Source: Amoeboradix gromovi X-113
Taxonomy: Eukaryota > Fungi > Sanchytriomycota
DNA length: 6,197 nt
Reading direction: 5' to 3'
Assembly (NCBI GenBank): GCA_018985225.1
Contig: JADGIF010000602.1
Location: 1 to 6,197 of the forward strand
Position numbers and translations under genes: made by a program. Shown here piece by piece: positions 1 to 6,197 of this stretch; position 1 is the stretch's first letter, and each line of letters begins with the position of its first letter. The notes beneath the pieces are model-generated. The model made no database searches. It saw only the letters and a list, made by a program, of their open reading frames with translations, and was not told where the DNA came from.

Positions 1-223
1 TTGGGGAATGCGATGAAGTATTTACTAGTCGATTGCCTACCTCTGCTGAGGTCTTACCAATATCGGTTGGAGACTGTACATTACAAGAAAATGAATGTCA
101 AGTACTTGAGATTATGCAGCCTACTAGATCATGCCTAAAAGTAGTTGAAGCGTGAGAGTCACTCGTTTGTTGGTCTAATTGAGGAAATTCTTGCTTTTCT
201 AAAAACTAAGACCTTTATTGAGG
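1..223 (+). repeat. Left arm of a long inverted repeat, truncated by the window start
   Basis: Base-by-base comparison: position i pairs with 6131-i for i=1..223. There are 5 mismatches (20, 65, 99, 157, 171) and no indels. Similarity stops after ...CTAAGACCTTTATTGAGG at 223. Confidence 0.98.
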
Positions 224-272
224 GGTTTGTGATCATAGGTGCTTTTAAAATTTTCAAATTTCACTCCTTGAA

Positions 273-1606
273 ATGAATATATCTGTCAACACCTCTCATG
301 TACAGAGAATTTCTGCTCATTCACACATAAAAGATTTGAAAACAATGGTTGGACAGGAAACAGCAAGAGAAGCAGCGCAGCTGGCACTAGAATTAATTAA
401 GGAACAGAAATTAGCAGGAAGATCAATATTATTGGCGGGACCAGTTGGTAGTGGTAAAACCGCGATTGCACTCGGAATGTCAAGGGAACTAGGACAAGTG
501 CCATTTGTCGATGTTAGTGCATCTCAGGTGTATAGTAGTGAATGTAAAAAAACTGAACAACTTACTATGTTGATGAGACAAGCGATCGGGTTAAAAATAA
601 GGGAAATAAAAGAAGTTTATGAAGGCCAAGTAATGCAATATGAGGTTGTTGAATCAGAGGACCCATTGACTGGCTATACAAAAACAATTTCAAATGTTTT
701 ATTAACATTGAAGACTCAAAAAGGATCCAAGCAGATGAAACTGGACCCATCTATTTATGAGCAGTTACAGCGCGAGCGCGTTGTTGTTGGGGACGTAATT
801 TATGTGGAAGCAAACAGTGGTATTGTCAAAAGAGTTGGGCGTAGTGATCAGTTTGCTAATGAATATGATTTGGAAGCGGAGGAATATGTGCCATTGCCTA
901 AGGGTGAAGTTCATAAAAAGAAGGAGGTTGTACAGCAAGTGACACTGCACGATCTAGACATGAGCAATGCGAATCCTAACATTAAAAGTGAACTGTTGAC
1001 TCGGAAAAAAACCGAAATAACTGAGAAGTTGAGGAATGAAATTAATAAAGTGGTGAACAAATACATTGATCAAGGTATTGCGGAGCTCCTTCCAGGTGTA
1101 TTATTTATTGATGAATGTCACATGTATTTCATGATTTATTTAGGTTGGATATAGAATGCTTTGCATTCCTAAATAAGGCATTAGAGAGTCCTATTGCACC
1201 TATAATGGTGTTTGCTACAAACAGAGGAATGGCTACTGTGCGTGGAACCGATATGACTAGTCCACATGGCATACCTACTGATTTCTTGGATAGATTGCTA
1301 ATTATCAAAACCATTCCTTTGAACATGAACGAAATTAAACAAATTTTGCTGATTAGAGCAAAGACCGAAAGCATTACGCTTAAAGATGAAGACTTGAATA
1401 AACTAAGTGAGATCGGGGTCAAGACATCATTGAGATATGCTACACAACTACTAACTCCACTGGTAATGATGAGAGGTGTTGATGGTGTTGATGCTGAATT
1501 TCAAGACGCGATGAATCCTGTAACTGTTCAAGAGGTGACTGAACTATTTATTGATGCAAAGACTAGTGCGCTACAGTTGGAAAAAGAAAACGGATATATT
1601 TGTTAA
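273..1606 (+). CDS. RUVBL1: RuvB-like 1 (pontin/Rvb1/TIP49a) AAA+ ATPase; join(273..1123,1144..1606), 437 aa
   Basis: HSHIK and VGQ motifs, Walker [14 protein letters not shown]1-type segments [20 protein letters not shown] and [37 protein letters not shown], then [21 protein letters not shown] and SLRYA. ORFs 273..1154 and 1115..1606 join into DECHMLDIECF once a 20-nt intron is removed. Confidence 0.97.
1124..1143 (+). other. 20-nt GT-AG spliceosomal intron in RUVBL1
   Basis: Sequence GTATTTCATGATTTATTTAG. Removing it recreates the Met codon (AT|G) and restores the family pattern DExHMLDIECF in frame. Confidence 0.93.
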
Positions 1607-1610
1607 TAAA
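1605..1610 (+). terminator. Putative polyadenylation signal AATAAA overlapping the RUVBL1 stop (TAA TAA)
   Basis: TGT TAA TAAA at 1601..1610 places a canonical hexamer across the stop codon. The sequence is AT-rich, so a chance match is possible. Confidence 0.5.
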
Positions 1611-2420
1611 ATTTCCTGTTTTACATTAAATGCATTGGATTTTGCTCACTCACTGCTGTCCACCTCTAACGCACAATCAGATGCTTACCTACTAACTATA
1701 TTACTGTATTGCCCATCTTGTTTAACCTCAAACTTCATAACATTTGAATACTTTTTCTTTAGGCAAACCAAAACACGCTTAAGTACATAACCATTTACAT
1801 CGCGGTTACTTATATTTTTCTAATGGCATACAAACAAGGTATTTTCTTTTCTCGTAACAGCAAATGGTCCGAATCATCTAAGGTAAATTATGTCAATCTA
1901 AAGGCATTATATAGCGATATAAAATAAATTATTTTGCACTCAAAAACTGGTCTAGAATGAAATTATCTTCTTAAGAAAAGAGCAAGGCATTACTAGAATA
2001 TAATGAAACATTTTCTAGTCATTGTGCAACATATGCTTGAAATTTATGCACAAGTGTTCAATTTTGCCTCACTGATGTGAAAGCATTAGCTTTGATTGCA
2101 GTGGAACATTTGCCATTGTAAGCTTTTCCGTGGAAAATCCTGAATTTTAAGGAAAACACCCAGCTTCAAATGTGATTATCTATTGCAGATATTGGTGCCA
2201 ATTGTTCAAATTTCATTTATTGTTACGAAGATCATTAAGACATCACTTTAGTCTTAACATAATTATCGAGATAATCATGTCTTGAAATAGAACTTACCCA
2301 AGTTGTCTTTGCTATATACCAGTGCAATCCCAGAGTGATAGAAGAACTTAACATTTAAATTAGCCGCCTTGGCTAGTAAAAAGGGATATTTGTTGAAACA
2401 AGTCATATATCACCAATTGA

Positions 2421-3920
2421 ATGTCCCGATCTAGGAATGATATATTTTTGCAGCCTCCTATCAAAGTATACCCTACAACAATAGAAGCAGAATCAGTAGA
2501 AGTTAAGGATAAAGTTATTATAGCACAACCAGTAGAAAAACCTAAAAGAAGTGAAATTCGTAAAAGAGCAGAAGCTTTGATAGAGCGCAGCAGTAAACCC
2601 ATAGGACTGCTTGATACAGATAGATCTGTTAGTCCTATATCGCCCAGAAACAGATCAAAGTCTTCCAGCAATGTTCAACAATTTGTTAGTTTTGATCAGA
2701 TCTCTAAGTTTAGCGCTAACCCAATTCAAGAGTCTCTCGATCTAGTATACCTTCCGATTAAAAAGAACCTTTTGGGTGAAGGCAGACATGCTAATGTTTA
2801 TAGCGGATATTTGAGGTTTAATAAAACTGTTAATAACAACTTGATTCAAGGTCCAGAGTTGCAATGCGCTGTAAAAGTATTTAACAATGAACCTGATTCT
2901 GAAAATGGAGGCTTAATGGAGGCTTACTGTCTCGACATATTAAAGCACCACCACAACATTATCCAATTGTATGGGTTTATGGAATACAAGGATACTCCTG
3001 GTCAAGGAACCAAGTATATAGAAATAAACCTTGAAGAGATGCGCAATATCAATCCAGATGTATTTATGAATCATTGCAAAGTGTTTGATACAGAATTACT
3101 TTACGAAATACCAGACGAGACTTATTTTATTGACTTCAGCCACAAGAAACATAGACTGCTGGTTATCGAATATGCCAAATGTGGTACTTTATGGTCCTTA
3201 TGTCAAAAAACACCAAGATTGATTCAAAAAAGGTTGTTTTTGCGATGGGCAAAGGAGTTAGCTAGTGCTCTTATTTTGATTCAGGAAAAGAATATAATAC
3301 ATCACGATATCAAGCCTGGTAACGTATTACTCGGTGAGTTCAATGTTACGAAATTGAGTGATTTTGGTAATTCTATTCTATGTACACCCCACTGCTGTAA
3401 AATAATTAACGACAAATTTCACTTGCCTATTACAGCAAGTAGAGGCAGAGGTACGACCGTATATCAAGCACCAGAACTATTCAGTAAGGACACTACTGTT
3501 TACGATAATTCCATTGACATGTACTCTTTCGGTGCTGCATTATGGGCTACAGGTATATTAGGCAAGGAACCGTGGGGCAAAATACAGAACGTTGCTATGC
3601 TTCACCAGCTGATTCAACGCGGATTTCTGCTAAATGAACTGAATTGGCCACCTGAGATGCTGCACTCAGAGTTGCAAGACTGTGAAATATCTGCTGTATT
3701 TCCTGACAAAATAAACATTAAGGATGCCAAAGGTATATATAATCCATATAATGGTAGAGTTTTAAGGTTTTTAAACGGAGAAGTAGTGGACGTCTGGATT
3801 TATGAACTACTTAGAGACTGTCTGAGCCCTAGGATTGAAGAGAGGCCTACCCCCAAAGAGTTTTTGTATCGAATAAAATTGAATGATGGCGGGTTAGATG
3901 CCACTGATTTCTTCCTATAA
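2421..3920 (+). CDS. Eukaryotic protein kinase, Ser/Thr-type, non-RD (HHD), 499 aa, with a Ser/Pro/Arg-rich N-terminal extension
   Basis: G-loop LGEGRHANVY, CAVK (Lys152), alphaC Glu in GLME, hinge LVIEY, catalytic loop HHDIKPGN, DFG at 314, GTTVYQAPE, DMYSFG and subdomain XI CLSPRIEERPT. I do not recognise the subfamily. Confidence 0.95.
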   Translation: MSRSRNDIFLQPPIKVYPTTIEAESVEVKDKVIIAQPVEKPKRSEIRKRAEALIERSSKPIGLLDTDRSVSPISPRNRSKSSSNVQQFVSFDQISKFSANPIQESLDLVYLPIKKNLLGEGRHANVYSGYLRFNKTVNNNLIQGPELQCAVKVFNNEPDSENGGLMEAYCLDILKHHHNIIQLYGFMEYKDTPGQGTKYIEINLEEMRNINPDVFMNHCKVFDTELLYEIPDETYFIDFSHKKHRLLVIEYAKCGTLWSLCQKTPRLIQKRLFLRWAKELASALILIQEKNIIHHDIKPGNVLLGEFNVTKLSDFGNSILCTPHCCKIINDKFHLPITASRGRGTTVYQAPELFSKDTTVYDNSIDMYSFGAALWATGILGKEPWGKIQNVAMLHQLIQRGFLLNELNWPPEMLHSELQDCEISAVFPDKINIKDAKGIYNPYNGRVLRFLNGEVVDVWIYELLRDCLSPRIEERPTPKEFLYRIKLNDGGLDATDFFL

Positions 3921-3955
3921 ATGTAAAACAATTTAATAAATAGTTTATTTACATC
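3921..3955. terminator. 35-bp convergent intergenic region with an AATAAA on each strand
   Basis: AATAAA on + at 3935..3940 and on - at 3944..3949 (TTTATT on +), between the kinase stop (3918..3920) and the HECT stop (3956..3958). Confidence 0.6.
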
Positions 3956-5738
3956 TTAATGGAGACTAAATTGTGAGCATTCGCTTATGGCAAACAACAA
4001 TTTCTTCTTTAGTTTGTCTCTGTTGCTATAATGATGGATACACAACTCATGAAAACCTAAATTAAATTTTATTACATGTGTGAGCAATTGGTAAATGTTC
4101 ACTATCGAGACCAGATATGGAAACTCGAAAGTAAAAACCACGTTTATCGTAATCCTTCAAATTACAGAATCTAGCTGAGCATATTTTATCACATCCCGTG
4201 GTAAATCTAAGAAATCTCTTTTTTTGCTCTATGGTAAATTCATTTAGCAGAATATCCCAGAAGTCTTGAATAAATTTTTGAAGCGGGTACTTTGGATTCA
4301 TCTGTTTAATATTGTACATGGAATAATCAAAGATGCAAAAATCTCTCAAAGGAGTTAAGTCGAACTTCTCGTCGCCTTGTATAATCAGTTTTAGTTCCAA
4401 GCTAGAAAATAAATTATTTACATATCTACGAGACGGTAATATTTGCCAAAAACTTTTTAAGAATGCCTTGAAACCTTCAGGATTCATTGAGTAAAGCAGT
4501 GATTGTTTGTAGGCTTCTATATATTCCTCTACGTTGTGCTTGCTCAAGTAAATCTCATGTCCGTTCTTAACCAAGGGATAACAATGAGAGTGATCTTTAT
4601 TGCTGCTAGGAAGATTTTTGTAGTTTCTACAAAAAGACATGCATCCGAAAATAGAGTCGAAATTTGGATTGTTTTTGCAGGACAATAGTTGCTTTAATGA
4701 TTTCATTTCCTGCGGAAATAGTTTTGTATAGTCAGAGTCTGTAATTTTTAAACCTAGTACAAGTTTAAAGAACTGCTCTGGCAAACTAGTGTTCAGCACA
4801 GTGCCATTAAAGACACTCAGTCCAAATATGACGCCCATTAGTTCCATGTTGTGTACATCCGCAGATTCAGATATCCAATCGGATTCTATACAGAATGGTG
4901 CTAAATAATCACATACCAAAGTGGACCACTCTCTTACCATTCCGCCAGCATCTATACCTTCTTCGTTGACAAATTCAATTCTTATTTTCCGTCCCAATTT
5001 AACTCTCTTAATTTCCCTTCTTGAGTCACTAATAAATGACTCACGATGTATAGTTAAGCTTTGAGGTGAATAAAACTTGATGTTTTTTGTGTTGTCAGTC
5101 TCAAACACTAAATACCGAAATTTGAGACTGGTTGGCAAGATATAAGGAAAGTCCAGGATGTTAAATTTCTTCTTTCTATGATTGTAGTAGTCTCTTTTTA
5201 CATTTAAATACATCTCCAACATTGTACAAGTAAAGGACTCTATGGGTATTTTAATACCGTTTTGTAAGTTTATCAAATAGAATTGATTTAACGATAAAAT
5301 CGCACCCTGAATTTGCCATGACGATTCTTTCATTCTGGTACACATCTGGTTTATATATTTAACCAGGAACTGGATGTATTCTTTAAGATATACCTTTGGA
5401 ATGTAAACAGAATTAGGTAATGATGCTCTTCCAAATATATTTAGTATTCTAGGTACCACGTTTATATTGGATACAGATTTATAACTAATGTAATGAAAGT
5501 ACAGTAAATAATCGTAAAACGACTTGCTCTCTAAATTATTTTGAAATAAGAAATTTACCTGAGCCACTCTATAAAATGCAAGCATATCTCCAAAGTTATA
5601 CACAAAATTAACAAACGTAGTTGATTGATATGATTCACATGTATGACATTTTTCTTCGATCTTTAAATTGTTATTACACACACGGCAGAAACCATATTTA
5701 TTTGAATTTCTCAAGCATTTGAAAAATATCAAACACAT
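3956..5738 (-). CDS. HECT-domain E3 ubiquitin ligase, resembling the UBE3A/HECTD2/Hul4 group; complement(join(3956..4056,4076..5738)), 587 aa
   Basis: ILDFPYIL, LTIHRE, RIEFVNEEGIDAGGMVREW, FWDIL, QKKRFLRFTTGCDK and the spliced active site LPIAHTCFHEL, followed by KLKKKLLFAI and a Phe at -4 from the C-terminus (FSLH*). The start codon is less certain than the gene body. Confidence 0.95.
4057..4075 (-). other. 19-nt GT-AG spliceosomal intron splitting the HECT catalytic Cys codon
   Basis: Minus-strand sequence GTAATAAAATTTAATTTAG. Removal gives T|GT (Cys555) and joins ORF 4062..5738 to the last 32 aa of the 3956..4141 frame, completing the HECT C-lobe. The unspliced frame stops at a TAA inside the intron. 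Confidence 0.94.
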
Positions 5739-5907
5739 TTCGATTGACCTATGTTACGCTTTCAAAAAATTAAAAGATGGTTCATTAGCCTCATATGAGG
5801 ATAATTAAAGGATTGAGATTATAAACAATTTCGACATTTTATTTTGAAATCGAATTAGGGAAAGAGATAAATGCTGAGCATGCAACATTAAGGATATACC
5901 CTAGTCA

Positions 5908-6130
5908 CCTCAATAAAGGTCTTAGTTTTTAGAAAAGCAAGAATTTCCTCAATTAGACCCACAAACGAGTGACCCTCACGCTTCAACTACTTTTAGGCAT
6001 GATCTAGTAGGCTGCATAATCTCAAGTACTTAACATTCATTTTCTTGTAATGTACAGTCTCCAACTGATATTGGTAAGACCTCAGCAGAGGTAGGCAATC
6101 GACTAGTAAACACTTCATCGCATTCCCCAA
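5908..6130 (-). repeat. Right arm of the long inverted repeat; probably continues to 6197, but the left counterpart of that part lies outside the window
   Basis: Reverse complement of 1..223 at 218/223 identity. It begins CCTCAATAAAGGTCTTAG at 5908 on the + strand. Confidence 0.98.
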
Positions 6131-6197
6131 CGTCTTGCGTTTTCCTTGGACAACAGTTCTGTTTACATCATGTTTGAGTGTAGAGGAGTCTGCTCTA

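Noticed and set aside
1-6. TTGGGG at the window start, CCCCAA at 6125..6130, GGGGTTTG at 222..229 and TTAGGG at 5855..5860 as telomere repeats
   Set aside because: Single units only, with no tandem arrays. The right copy continues past CCCCAA into non-telomeric sequence.
1-223. Repeat as an LTR pair, CRISPR array or rDNA
   Set aside because: The copies are inverted rather than direct, there is no repeat-spacer periodicity, and I recognise no rRNA motifs.
1115-1154. RUVBL1 and HECT (4057..4141) as frameshifted pseudogenes or programmed frameshifts
   Set aside because: Precise GT-AG removal restores the conserved motifs with no extra residues.
565-1422. Minus-strand ORFs 565..750, 765..950 and 1129..1422
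   Set aside because: Antisense shadows of RUVBL1 with no recognisable motifs.
1551-1790. 79-aa plus-strand ORF
   Set aside because: It overlaps the RUVBL1 3' end out of frame, spans the likely poly(A) signal, and shows no recognisable similarity.
2072-2143. Possible box C/D snoRNA (CTGATGT...CTGA)
   Set aside because: Box C is imperfect, there is no terminal stem, and I could not identify an rRNA-antisense element.
2360-2671. 103-aa minus-strand ORF, and likewise 4503..4688 on the plus strand
   Set aside because: Antisense to the kinase and HECT genes respectively, with no motifs.
5789-5800. Perfect 12-bp palindrome CCTCATATGAGG upstream of the HECT gene
   Set aside because: A single occurrence of this length is expected by chance in about 6 kb, and nothing else supports a function.
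5739-5837. In-frame upstream ATG (5837) separated from the HECT ORF by two TAA codons, hinting at TAA=Gln recoding
   Set aside because: All three genes terminate at TAA where expected, and their long ORFs contain no internal TAA or TAG, so the standard code applies. No suitable GT-AG intron removes both stops.

Overview
AT-rich, gene-dense eukaryotic DNA read with the standard genetic code. It holds three genes: RUVBL1/RVB1 AAA+ ATPase (+, 273..1606), a non-RD Ser/Thr-type protein kinase (+, 2421..3920) and a HECT E3 ubiquitin ligase (-, 3956..5738). Two features are not shown by the ORF track. First, the three-gene block is bracketed by a long inverted repeat: 1..223 is the reverse complement of 5908..6130 (218/223 identical, no indels), both copies end at the same inner base, and both outer genes are transcribed inward from it. 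Second, the apparent frameshifts in RUVBL1 and the HECT gene are ultra-short GT-AG introns of 20 nt (1124..1143) and 19 nt (4057..4075). They share the junction CACAT|GTA...ATTTAG|GTT and lie at catalytic motifs. The organism cannot be identified from the window; a compact-genome microbial eukaryote is an inference. The repeat-bounded block could be a TIR-capped mini-chromosome, a cargo-carrying transposon, or a contig broken at two copies of a dispersed repeat, and the window cannot decide between these.
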